From: Antedon mediterranea
Lineage: Eukaryota > Animalia > Echinodermata
Assembly (NCBI RefSeq): GCF_964355755.1
Contig: NC_092670.1
Location: 19,330,795-19,394,794 of the forward strand
Direction: 5' to 3'
DNA: 64,000 nt
Part shown: in pieces, positions 1 through 16,772 of the stretch
Layout of the letters: the number at the start of each line of letters is the position of its first letter
How positions within the stretch are numbered: the stretch's first letter is position 1
The notes under the pieces: model-generated
Databases searched by the model: none
What the model saw: only the letters and a program-made list of their open reading frames with translations
What the model was told of the DNA's origin: nothing
Program-made: the position numbers and the translations under genes

Positions 1-784
1 TGAGCTGTAATATAATTACGGTAATAATCTGTTTATATTACATAGCCTATGTAAATACGCGAACGTGATTGGTTGAAACTGCATCACATGACTACCGCTG
101 CGAGGATCGTAAATCGTATATATCCTCGAGAACGATGATATTGACTGTGTAATTTTCGCGTAATAATCGTGTCCCCTGTCATTAATCATATAAATTCTCG
201 AGTACGATGATATTGACTGTGTAATTTTCGTGTGCAACACTCGAGTTTGCCGATAAATAAACAAAAGTCATCTACTCGATCTTGAACTCGGGTGGAATTG
301 TCACTCCATCGCAAGACAATGTTTCATCCGCTGGGCCACGGAATTTGCTTGAAGAAATTAATCTTCTAAACTATTTAAGCTATGCATACATAGCGCCCTC
401 ATTTGTTATAAGTCCACCCTAAATGTGATGAAACACCGTTTGTGATTGGTCAATACTCACGGTAGTAACCTAGTAACTAGTACGCGCTGAACATCCAGTG
501 ATTCGGCTCCTCGAAGATCGAGAGAAGACAAATTGTTTATTCGGCCTACCTGATTATAATATTATTATTAATAGGCTTATTGATGGAAATTCTTCTGTTA
601 ATTTAAACGACCTAGGCCTAAGTGAATATTTTATTGCCAAGGAATCATTAATTAGTAATTATCTGTATATTATTCTTCGCAAGGTAAGGTGTCTAGGCAG
701 GCTTGTTTTAAATACAATACAAATACTATAGGAGGCCTAGCCTAGCTTCACCCAACCCAGCAGACTTGTTCTTGGCTATATAAT

Positions 785-947
785 ATAACAGATATTGCCT
801 TTTATATATCGGTTAAATATAAGATTTGACATCCCCTCGGGAATGATATTAAGTTCTCGGGGAATATATATTCCCTCGAACTTAATATCATTCCCTCGGG
901 GATGTCAAATCTTATATTTAACCTCTAAGCAGTCAATATCTGTATAA
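785..947. repeat. Near-perfect ~160-bp palindrome (hairpin/MITE-like element)
   Basis: ggttaaatataagatttgacatcccctcgggaatgatattaagtt pairs with aacttaatatcattccctcggggatgtcaaatcttatatttaacc; outer acagatattg pairs with caatatctgt. Confidence 0.85.
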
Positions 948-1161
948 TAGTTAATGTGGTTATAATGGGCTGTATGTTATGTAATCTAATGTAGTCATTT
1001 TTATATTCTGATACTGAATTAACATTTTGAGAAATTAACCACAAGATTTATAGGATACTAAACATACTTTAGTTATATTCAAAGATACTATATTGATTAA
1101 ATGCTGTAGTAAACCTATTCATAACTAAACTATGTAAATATACGTTCCATTTTACAATGGA

Positions 1162-2642
1162 TCAACAATACAGGTAATAAGTAGGTTGAGCTGTTGAAGA
1201 AGCAATCTATAATCTACAGCACTAGTAATAGATCATGTTAATATCTACTAAAGCATTTATAGCAGTCTGTCGGTGCATGTGTGTGGTAGTCATACAGACT
1301 CTGTGATAATAATTAGTCAACTCAGTATGTTTGTTATGCAGGAATTAATAATAAACTTCTCTTACATGATCTAAATGCATTGGAAAACATGCTACTACGG
1401 TATGATAGGGAATATTTACTGTATGAAAATTGTTACAAGTGACAAAAAAAATGATTGTGATGTGCCCATGTTATAGACATGATGTCATATCACTACCATA
1501 TTTGGGCACATCAAACATGTTTTGTCAAACCAGTTTGATAGTGTAGATAGAGCTTAAAAATAGTATTGATGTAGCAAAACAGAATCATATGAACAGTATT
1601 TAAATAATAAATGTTTATATGGGGATTATATTATAATATTTCAGTTGATAACAAATTGATCAACCATGGTGCAGATATCCCTACCCCTCCCACTCAATGA
1701 ATAAACATTAATTATTATTATTTGTTTTATAACACACCAACTGTCAATCTAATAACTGTTTCCATTTAAATAAATGTCTACAAAATATGTAAACAGTGTG
1801 CTCTTTTGTTTAGTAATTACAATAATCACCATTGCAATTCATCAAAATGTAAGTGTCATTGATTTTAAACATGGCAGTCCTACCTCTTTTTCTGCTTCGT
1901 CATTAACATTGTCATTTGCAACGTCTTGTCCGGCAACGTTGCGTTGTCGTTCACGGTCAATAGCATCCTATAACAAATCATTATATTTAGTTTACTGTAT
2001 AAAATATTAATTGTGTCAAAAGTTTGTTTTTTTAATTTAATTTTTAATCTTAAATTTGCATTTTAATTTCGATAACCATAACCCGTATAATTATTTCTAG
2101 GTCAATTTATTAATATCAATGCAGTTATTTACAGGATGGATACACTTTTTTGTTTATCAATATGATGAATAATATAATAAAAAATACTGAGCCTGTTACT
2201 GTATGTACAGTATAGTGAATCAAAACAAGTGATGGTTTTAAGGAGTAAAAATGTTGCATTTTGAATACATAAATCTTTACCTACTGACTCTAGTTATGAA
2301 TGACATTAGATATAAAATTGTGTGATTGCAAAATCTGTTTGGGCTTTAGCCTATTCACAATCCTGCTGGTTATTTTTCATTGGTGACCGAATATTAAAAT
2401 ATTATTAACAACAATTAATCACAGATTCATTTGAATATTGTTTTTTGTTTTAATTGGAAACAATATGCGATACTGTACTTTATTCTCAACATTGAAGTTC
2501 AACATTAGATAAAGACACTTGCCTCTCTTCGTTGGTCCTTCACCTCTCGATGTCGTAGCACCTCTCTTTGCTGCTTAGACTTTTTTTCATTATCACTCCT
2601 TGTTCTTCTGATATCGTGCTGTAATCTCCAAATTGGATTCAT
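1162..2642 (-). CDS. Candidate small charged orphan protein (~82 aa); exons 2642-2523, 1967-1884, tentative last exon 1206-1162
   Basis: MNPIWRLQHDIRRTRSDNEKKSKQQREVLRHREVKDQRRE ends at a GCAAGT donor. It joins in phase 0 to tatag|DAIDRERQRNVAGQDVANDNVNDEAEKE|gtagg. Both segments are GC-richer islands in AT-rich DNA. The last exon (IASSTAQPTYYLYC*) is uncertain. Confidence 0.45.
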
Positions 2643-2754
2643 ATTTATGAAACGGCATTCAGATGATCAAAGCAACAATGGGTTGTCTAAATAAAGTTTT
2701 CACATTTCTATTTTTATTCATTATTATTTTAGAAAAAAAGGCAACAAAAAACGG

Positions 2755-3637
2755 CGCTAGTTCCGTTTCACACCTGTTTTTATTTCGACTTCCTTTTGAC
2801 TCCAAATTGTTAAGCAACTTATTGTGAATACCACACCTTAAAATTGGGCCTCAAAAGTACTTTTATGAAGAAGAATCACATAAAAAGTAACTAATAAATC
2901 CTTAAATTGATGATTTTACAGACATGTTTCTCGCATACCGTTCACGAATTTAGCATACTCGAAATTCAATATTTTCGTTTCTATGGAGCGCCAAAAGAGC
3001 GACAACAATAGATGGTTAAAAACTCCGTGGAATGCATTTATTATTGACGTTTAATTTTATTATATTTTGTCAATAAAAATGCTGTAACATTTTACTGCTA
3101 ATAATTTGCTGTTTTCAAATAGCAACCAACCCTAGACCTAAGAGTAAGACTAAGACTATAAGAGGAATATTATTTATTTATTTATTTATCTACAGTACAT
3201 GTAATATGATGATGAATTTGTCGATTTTCATTCCTAAAAGTTCCTGCAAAAACCATGTACAGTATCAACAGTAATATTTTTGTTGCATTGACATTGACAA
3301 AATATGATAAAATTGAACGTAATTTTCACCAATAAATGCATTAAATATACGCAATTTATTGAGTTTTTAGCCCTCTATTATGATTGCTCTTTTGGCGCTC
3401 CATAGAACAACAACATTGAACATGGAGTATGCGAAATTCACGAACCGATATGTGGTGCGAGAGAAACACACCTGTAAATTCATCAATTTAAAGGATTAAT
3501 TTTTACTTTTTGTGTAATCTCCTTCGTAAAAATATTGTTGAGGCCTAATTCTAAGGTGTGGTACTCACGATAAGGTTACTTAACCAATTTTGAGTCGAAA
3601 TAAACGACAGGTGCGAAACGGAACTAGGCTAGCGCCC
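2755..3637. mobile_element. Old foldback/non-autonomous DNA transposon with ~270-bp degenerate inverted arms
   Basis: ctagttccgtttcacacctg...ctatggagcgccaaaagagc (2758-3000) is the reverse complement of gctcttttggcgctccatag...caggtgcgaaacggaactag (3386-3627). Confidence 0.75.
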
Positions 3638-4169
3638 AAAAAACTATTAAAAAAAATAATTTATTTCATTCAGTCATTTTCAAATAGAAGTACCTCTCTG
3701 ATTACTATAGTAAAATTATTTATTAGAAGGCATGGGCCTAATAAAATATTCATGTCCCACCCACTCCATATCCAATCTGACTAGAGTTTGTAGGCCTACT
3801 GTTCGGTGATCTTCCCCAGCACACACACCACCACAAGTCTAGCCTAACATAACATATCACATGCAATACTTGTATATCCATTCATGATGCCTAGGCTAGG
3901 CCTACTCCGAACTCGGCTAGCTTAGCCTCTAGGCTATCTACCACATTAAAACCCTTTTAATCTGATAAATAAAAAATACTTGCCATAAGTGTATACTAAC
4001 AGAATCATACAAACGTCTACTTTTCTACGATTGTATAAATAATGAATAAATAATTAACAATCCAATCTGATTCATTGACATTATTGACAAAACACGTCGA
4101 ACCCTAAAAAAAGTTAATTACAAAGTACCCCCTCTACCGACAAAATGAATGTTAGACTTCCATAGACCA

Positions 4170-4300
4170 GCCATCAATAGTGACAACCAATGGGTGATTC
4201 GAAAACTATGACGTTAATTTACTATGACAACAGCAGATACAACAAAAACAAAAGACTGTTGGCAACCACAAATACAAAGCATGTCATTTCGGCTAGCAAC
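4170..4300. promoter_or_regulatory. Putative tektin promoter with RFX X-box-like sites
   Basis: 4218-4231 reads GTTGTCATAGTAAA on the minus strand, 2 mismatches to GTTGCCATAGTAAC. Half sites GGCAAC and TAGCAAC and a CCAAT lie nearby, 100-230 nt upstream of a motile-cilia gene ATG. Confidence 0.4.
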
Positions 4301-4400
4301 TGCAGTAGTCGTTCGCTGAGACATTCTCCAGTAAGACGATCAAGGTTAGACTTAGATATTGACATACTGTTTTATTATTTCTATATTTTTATTACACAAC

Positions 4401-8985
<4,585 letters not shown>

Positions 8986-9568
8986 TCTTTTAAAAGTACC
9001 AAATACCAAAAAGCCTATTAAATTTAAAATGATAAACCCAACATATTGAAATCAATTAATTTGATGTTATGTAAATTATTAATTATGCAATAAAAAATGT
9101 AAAAATGATAAATGCTTAATTTTTGTTAAATGTTGATTTATAGTAGATTATCATTCAAAATCATGGACATTCTGAAAGATGTATATTATGATAATAATAA
9201 TGCATACATATAGGTATACACAGCATGGAAGAAATAGGGTGCCACTCAAGGCAGCTAGAACTCTGCTATGCAACGGACAATAACAATTAAAAGCCACAAT
9301 GTTATGTCATTGTATACTTAAGCCAGTATTAAAAATTTAAGTTACATAATAATTAATAATACGTAAAATGTATATGCCATTAGATAATATTTTGTGACCT
9401 GTCAATGTGAATGTAAATATGTTTTAAATATAAAATTAAATAAATTTGCTATTACTACAGTACATCTCATTGGTTCATTTCCTTTTTGGCGTCTCCACAT
9501 CAGCTTGAATACACCAGAGACACTTCCTGAAATGCGAGTACATCTTTTTGTCGCTCATATGGTAGACG

Positions 9569-9720
9569 TGAGTGAGTGGCCGAACAGTTACGACAGTGGA
9601 ACTGTAATTATGTAGCCATAACATCGGCAAGGGTTCGAGGCTCACTCACTCCATGGTTTTGGTGGTAGCAATAGCATGCGCACAAACCCTGCTTGTTTGG
9701 ATGGTTAAGCAGTATTCGAA
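9569..9720 (+). mobile_element. tRNA-derived SINE-like fragment
   Basis: A-box-like TGGCCGAACAG and B-box-like GGTTCGAGGC, with flanking GTGAGTGAG/CTCACTCAC able to pair. Not a clean cloverleaf. Confidence 0.35.
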
Positions 9721-9757
9721 AGAACTTGTTTAAATACTGTTTCCACGATTGTTTTAA

Positions 9758-10363
9758 AGACACCTTCCCTACGTTTTTTAGATCTAATTTAAGATCACAA
9801 ACTATATTTAATGTAAAAATAATACTATATGGTCCTATTGCGATAACATTTTTCGTCTTTAAATGGTTAAAAATGTGAAAAATAAGTCGATTCTGATAAT
9901 TATAGCGGCCCACTATAAATCCCAAAATGCATTGCGCGCAGATTGATATTTTTGTTTTTCTTCTGTAATTCACCCACTTTTCGATCGATCGTGAGGCCAA
10001 AACAAATGGAGAACTTTTCTGTAGAAATACTGGGTTTTCCTCAATTTGTATCAACGGAGTCTGGCAAAAATAGAAAGAAAATTAATGCAGCAACTATACA
10101 ACGTCAGGCTAGGTATATAGCTAGCATACAATGTTCGTACGTTACCGATGTTTACCAGCTAGGCCTACAAAACTAGGCCTAGCTAGGCTAGGCCTAAAGA
10201 CCGTCCACGAGAGGTCAGTCGCCGCGAGCTACTACTTAGGTAGTGCATTGTTTCTCATTTTTTATCATAATTTACCATAAAACGTACATTTAAGACAAGG
10301 AATGAGCTGGTTCAATGTAATATATATGTATTATTGATGTCACAAATTGTAGGGAAGGTATCT
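9758..10363. mobile_element. Kolobok-like non-autonomous DNA transposon (606 bp)
   Basis: TIR AGACACCTTCCCTAC / GTAGGGAAGGTATCT with 1 mismatch, TTAA on both sides and purine-purine termini. Confidence 0.7.
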
Positions 10364-10840
10364 TTAAACTGATGTAGTGGTTAAAAATACACAGAAACTG
10401 TATACAACATTTTATTTGTTTGTTTTGTTCTGTAAATATTTATTTTATAACATTTTTAACACTCCATAAAATCTATTCAAATTATATTAGTGTATTGGTA
10501 TGTTACCTTACACCCTACTAGCAGACCAATACCCGATGTCAAGCATTCCATCACTAATATTGTATTATAATTTAGTTACAGTGTCAACATGTTGCACACA
10601 ATGGATGGAAATTTAGTTAAAATGTTGCATTAAGAAAGTTGTTGTCACCAATTGATCCGGTCGAACTGAAAGGCCTTCATGCCATTTGAGAGTACATTGT
10701 TTTTTTTCAACAGCAGAAATTGTAGCATACTGTCAAATCAAAATCACTTTCACAAAATGGAACAGTCCGTTTCACTGCCAACCATGGGAAATTTAAAAGT
10801 TAGAAAAAAGATTAAGGCAGTGAATCTACTAACAATATTA

Positions 10841-13800
10841 CTAGCTTTCTTGTTCTTGTTCTGCTTTCCTTCGTTCATCTACCATCCTATGTTGTTGTTT
10901 AGCGTAGCACCTTCTTGCATTTCCATGGAAGCCTAGTTCTGAATCTATAGAAGAAAACGGACATAATTAATTTTATAACTTGACTTTAGCCCACATGCCA
11001 TTTCACTAACCAAAGTAACTTTTGGTTCAGATTGTTAAAACAAATTGAACAAATTCAGGAGGGCGTCTAGAATTATGCTTCCTTGGGTTACGTACAATGA
11101 AGCACTTTCTTTAAAAAATATTCCTTTGCTTGAAAACTGTCGTACCCGACTGTGCAAGGAATATTTCTGAAAACTGAAAACCCCATGTCATATCCTCCAC
11201 AACCTATTTCCACCTCTTGTTTCATAACAATTGAGATCAGTCACTCAATTTCCTTTACCAAAGTTCAAAACCAATAGATCAAAAAACTTTATTATCAACA
11301 ATGGTATCTTTAATTGATGGGTAGTTGCTTTTTCCTTGCAGAGTTGGGTACCCGACTTCTTTTTCTGTTTTTTACTTTTAATACAGTATTTTTTGTAAAA
11401 TGAATTATATATTTTTTTTATATTGATTGCAATAATCTTGCACTAGTCCACCAGCAATAAAGACATTTTTTTTATACAAAGTGGTTAGGATTTTGGCAGA
11501 ATCCATGCAATTGATTGGTCAAGTGAAAATCGCTCATGCATGCATATTTTTATAACCTCGTGTAAAAAGTTTAACACCAATTTTTCCGACTGGTTGGCTG
11601 GCTTAGTGGTGTGGTACTGCGGCTAGGTGACTAGTGGTTTTGTAGGTTCAATTCTCGATCAAATTTTTTTCATTTTTTTTAAATTAAAAAAATTGTCTTT
11701 TATTCATCCTCGTCCTTTGCCTAGAGGGATGTTTTAGGTCCCAGTGTAATATTTTCTGTCGGAATCTGTTACAATGGGCAGTTGAGTTCCTAATTTTAAT
11801 ATACTAGTACAAAATAGAGCACTTCATACCTAATAACAAATTATTCTTATACTTTTTTCAAGACTTACATTTAGTGTAGAAATTGTCAGCTGCCTCTTCA
11901 TATTCATCTAAATATGCCTTGCAGGTCACCTTAGCACTGTTACCTTGTTCAGCCACACACTTACCCATTGCTTTCTTCAACAAGGACAGTATCTCCTGAT
12001 CAACCATTCTGTGTTAAAAAAAATTTAAAACATTAAAAATCACACTGATGTATGGCAATATGGGTGGGCGTGACACTGTTGTAGTTTTTTAGGCATTCTA
12101 TTCTAGCCTGTTTAAATTTCATCAACAACCCACCCCAACCCTGTCCCATAAGCTACTAAACTGTAGTACAGTGTACTACTGTTTTAAGATTTAATTTTTT
12201 CTTAAGTTTAAGATCAATGGCCCTGGGCCGGCAGAACAATTGTGACCGCATACCTGTCTCTTTTATACTGCGAGTCAGCCTCAAACATACAAACTATATC
12301 TTCTTCATTACAGTCCCAAATGTCTGTTACCCTAGGATATCTGCGATGATAGTACTGTGTGGGGTTTTTAGCATGTTGTCTTTCAATAAAATCTGCAGTT
12401 TTAAACAAATACAATATTCAATAATTATATTATAATATAAATTTAAATAAATGAAACATGATATGAATATAAAATAAATAGGATCAACCTGAGTTTTCGG
12501 CATGTATTGAATATAGGACTATTCCATTATTATTTATAGGGGTGTTAGTCAATATGTTGGGTTGGGTGTGCCAGGCTTGTTGAGGCTTCTATTGTTTGTG
12601 TCATTGTGCCAATTGTTTTGTATTTCACTGTGTTTGATAAAAACAAACAAAAAACTGCTACTGTAGTTAGCCTATAGCTTTTATTATGTGTCTGTAAATT
12701 ATATCGTATTTTACACTATATACAGTAGCCTATACGCCCTAACATGTTTTTTTACTCAACAGTTAAATCAAGTAGCCTCTACAAATAACAAGAAAAGATC
12801 AAGAAAAAGATTCATATACATTTTAATCTTATTTAATTTATGTTTTAATTTATATAAAATATCCAATTTATGTTTTAATTTATATAAATACATCCATGTT
12901 TGGTTTTTTCTCAACAGTTGCAAATAGCCTCTACAAACAACAAGAAAAAAATTGATAGATTGAAAGATACATTCTTCAAACTTTATTCAAATATAAGGCA
13001 CAAGAACTTTAACATTATTTAATAAGGCACAAGGAACATATACTATTTTAACTTACTTAATCTGTTTAATTTATATTATTCCATATCTTTCTCGCCACAT
13101 AAATTCGTCAAGGTATTCCGGTAACCATTCCCGTTTACACATATTCTTTTTAACTTTAATTTTTCACGATTCCAGTAGGATTCTATGTTTTGAGTGTGGA
13201 CTCCTGTTATTGGATCAACAACATTCTTACTGTGGTTTACTGTTAAGTGTCCATCTACCACATCCAGGTCCTGTACTCTGGAATAAACCTTCCATTTATT
13301 TGATGGTCATTTTAATATAAGGCATATTTTGATGATTGTAACATCCATATTAATTATTTAATGATCAAGCATAGATGGTACTGTAGGTCTAATTTTAATA
13401 GATTGTTTTTTTAAAGATTTTCGATCGATTGTAAATATCAATTACTTAAATATTTTATATATAAATGATGCACTGTTGAATAGTGATCTAAAAGTATGTA
13501 AATACGTTGATGATTTATGATATGATATGATAACTTTATTTCGTCCACATAGGAAAATATTTTGAGTGCTTTTCACAATATAGTACAAAAATATATAAAA
13601 ACGTTTCATATTAAAAATAATTAATTACAATATTTAAAAACACTATATATTATTTAACAATGTATGTATCGGTGAAGTGGTTAAAAGAAACAATTCTTCT
13701 AATATCCAACAAACAGTTAATGATTTTTGTATATGGTCAAATGAAAATAAACTCAATCTTAATGTCGATAAATGTAAAATGATGTACTTTTCGTTTCAAA

Positions 13801-16557
13801 AAGTACTTCCAGTCATTGATCCCATTGTAATTGACGACCGACAACTGGAATGTGTCACAGAAGTGAATATCTTAGGTGTCTGGGTCCAAAACAACCTTAA
13901 ATGGGATAAAAATGTTAGTGAAATCATCTTAAAAAGTAGTAGAAAACTTCATATGTTATGTCGTCTAAAAAAATTCAGTGTCCCTGTAGAAGATCTAGTA
14001 GCGGTTTATACTGGCTACATTAGATCTACCCTTGAATATGCGGCACAAGTGTGGCATTCAGGTATAACTAACGAACAGAGCAATGCCATTGAGAAAATAC
14101 AGAAGAGGGCATTCCGAATCATTCTAGGCCATAAATATATAGATTATCCCCACGCATTGCATAACCTTAACCTCCTAACTTTATCAGAACGTAGAACAAA
14201 GCTGTGCCTTAAACTTGCCAAAACTTGCGCAAAAGTGGGGGTTCAATAAAAATAACACAGCTCACAATATGGTTCTTCAAAATCCAAAAAAATATGTTGA
14301 GCCATTAGCCAAAGTCAACCGTTATCATAATAGTGCAATCCCATATTTTACCAGAATTCTAAATAAAAATAATAATAATATATAAAGATTTAACAACTTC
14401 AGCTACAACATCTGTTGGCTCCCTTGTGTTTTTTAGTGAATTTTTATACTATTTTAATGTTTTTAATGAATTGTTAATCAGTTTTTTTTTATATACAGTA
14501 TATATATATATTTTTAAGTGCATATCCGTACCGTAATTTTTATACATAGTAATTTAAAGATTATTCTTCAACCATATATTTTTATATCTAATTGGTAAAT
14601 TTGTTGTTGTCTTTATATGTGTATATTGATCTGTGCAATTTTTATTGTTATGTAAATCCCAAGCAATTCAGTTTCTTTTCTGTGATTTGTGGATATATTA
14701 AAATAAATAAATAAATAAATATTGAAATCAATCTAAATATAGATGATAAACAGATTTTAATAGAAGACGTACTTTGAAGATTGAAAACATCTGTAATATA
14801 GGCATAGATTTATAAAAATGTTATTGTTTATTTTAAAAAAAGAAACGTTTACAGAGAATCCCAGATCAAGTTCAGATACAATGAACATTGTAGGGAACAT
14901 AAGAACATGACAGAAACAAGATGTTTAGACAAGTAGAAAAAGAAATGTTATAATGGAGTTTGTTATTGTTATCAGTTATTGAAATAAGATTATTGGAATG
15001 TATTTATTTTGTCTGTATGGTATTTATATTTTTGTAATATTTTGTTTGGTTGGAATTCACTGAATCTTTTACAGTAATTTATTAGAAACGGTACCTGTGA
15101 TTTTACGTTATAGTTGACACCCGACTTTCAAGTTAACAGTAATTTGTAGTTTTACAGTAATTTATTTTCAACAGTACCTGTGATTCTACATTACGGTAAA
15201 CAACCGACTTTATGACCAACAGTAATTTACTGTAGTTTTACAGTAATTTATTTTCAACAGTAGCTGTAATTCTACATTACGGTAAATTACTGGCGTCCAG
15301 ATTGCCAGTAATTTACCGTTTTTTTATAAGAATTTTTTTAACAGTGTAGGCCCTATATATCCTGTACTGGGGAAGGGTTAGTGTGTGTTGCATGAGAGAA
15401 AGTTCTGCAATTTTATTTCTGACTATTTTAGTTTTTGTGTCAGGATCAGCTGGAGAGAGAACCTCACGAACATATTGCTAACTCATTGAGTTGAACCAAA
15501 CATGACACTACTAAATAACACTTAAAACTGGGTCGATGAAATAAAACATATATACCTTAAATTAAATATGTTACACAATGTATGTTTTGCTTAATCTTAT
15601 GCCTTTAAGTGTACTGAATTTTTTAAAGTCATAAACTTGTTGAGAAAAAAACAAACATGGATGTATTTATATAAATTGTTTTTCTGGCTGTTTTACTTTA
15701 TCGTTTTGATTTAGCTTTTCGCTTTTTTTTGTATCTCTATTGAGATCCAGCCACTGATACCCACATCATTGTCATTGTTTCATTAATTTGCCTTTGGATT
15801 TATATAAATTAAAACATAAATTAAATAAGTTGTATATGTTTTCTCCTTATTGTGAATAACGTTTGAATGTATTTTTTCTTGTTATTTGTAAGAGGCTATA
15901 TAACTTGATTCGGCTGTTGAGAAAAAAAAACATATAATAATATTACATGAAATGTAAAATAAAACATGATATGATTTAACTGTTGACGGTAAAAAAACAT
16001 GTTAGGGCCTATAGGCTATAGCTATATAGTGTAAAATACGATATAATTTACAGACACATAGGCTAACTACAGCAGCAGTTTTTTGTTTGTTTTTATCAAA
16101 CACAGTGAAATACAAAACAATTGGCACAATGACACGAAACAATAGAAGCCTCAACAAGCCTGGCACACCCAACCCAACATATTGACTAACACCCCTATAA
16201 ATAATAATGGAATAGTCCTATATTCAATACATGCCGAAAACTCAGGTTGATCCAAATAAATATAACAGTAAACAAATGAATAATAAGATTAGATTCCATA
16301 ATTTAATATTATAATACACATATTTGCATATGCAAAGACAGAACCAGTGTTGGTCGCCGCTAGGCCGAAACACTTGAACCACCACAGCAGTTCCTGCAGC
16401 GGGTCAGCTCGCCTAATCCCCGCGGCTCACTGCCATTTTATTTTGATTAGCTGGCCTACCATAGGCCTAACAATATTATCTTACCTCTTGCAAACGTTAC
16501 GGGTGCCTCTACTGTATAATATAATGTAGACAATATAAAGTCATCAATAATGCCCAT
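10841..16557 (-). CDS. NDUFB10: NADH dehydrogenase [ubiquinone] 1 beta subcomplex subunit 10; exons 16557-16485, 12392-12254, 12008-11869, 10944-10841
   Basis: The spliced product contains [66 protein letters not shown]...C...C...[21 protein letters not shown], matching NDUFB10/PDSW motifs and its Cys pattern. All junctions are GT-AG and in phase. Confidence 0.93.
11142..11351. mobile_element. Small TIR element in NDUFB10 intron 3
   Basis: gtacccgactgtgcaagga ... tccttgcagagttgggtac form an inverted pair. Confidence 0.5.
13076..13261 (-). pseudogene. Merlin/ISXO2-like DDE transposase C-terminal remnant
   Basis: [28 protein letters not shown] matches the H.TVNHS..FVDP.TG.HT..IE..W motif of IS1595/ISXO2-type transposases. 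Confidence 0.85.
13370..14720 (+). mobile_element. 5'-truncated non-LTR retrotransposon (CR1/L2-group LINE) nested in the Merlin element
   Basis: The RT motif YIND...KYVDDL lies at ~13460-13517. ORF 13677-14249 contains [19 protein letters not shown]...[28 protein letters not shown] and LSERR. The 3' end is an (AAAT)n tail at ~14700-14720. Confidence 0.88.
15065..15347. repeat. Fragment of a DNA element with internal ~80-bp tandem repeats, ending TTTTTTAACAGTG|TA
   Basis: tttacagtaatttattt...cagtacctgtgattctacattacgg occurs about 3 times. Confidence 0.5.
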
Positions 16558-16683
16558 ACTTAACGTATAATGTGCAGGATGTAAGCACAATTTAGAATTT
16601 TGTTTCCTAAAAATTCCTTGTGCACAATTTTTACTTTCTATTATATAGCGCCACCAACCAGAATCATCATCTCTCTCGCTCAG

Positions 16684-16772
16684 CCCCCCCCCCCCCTCCC
16701 CAGCTAGCTAGCTAGCTCCCTTCACACCAAACCCCCCTCCCCCTCCCCTCCCCCACCCCTCGATCCCCCTCC
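16684..16772 (-). promoter_or_regulatory. G-rich tract (potential G-quadruplex) upstream of NDUFB10
   Basis: Many C4-C13 runs on the + strand, 130-215 nt upstream of the NDUFB10 ATG, between divergently oriented genes. Confidence 0.45.

Larger units (their letters stand above)
12481..16253 (-). mobile_element. Merlin (IS1016/ISXO2-related) DNA transposon, decayed, filling most of NDUFB10 intron 1
   Basis: TIRs of about 270 bp begin GGATCAACCTGAG (12481...) and end CTCAGGTTGATCC (...16253). The 9-bp TSD AAATAAATA lies at 12472-12480 and 16254-16262. An internal transposase remnant is present. Confidence 0.88.

Noticed and set aside
16-330. ORF 16-264 and a ~45-bp direct repeat (118-163 / 189-235)
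   Set aside because: The apparent peptide repeat only reflects the DNA duplication. It is probably part of an unidentified repeat at the window edge, and I could not define its termini.
11590-11660. tRNA-like sequence
   Set aside because: Only degenerate A/B-box similarity with no cloverleaf; at most an old SINE head.
13677-14249. Functional reverse transcriptase gene
   Set aside because: Only the C-terminal part of the RT region is present, cut off from the YVDD motif by an insertion and truncated at both ends.
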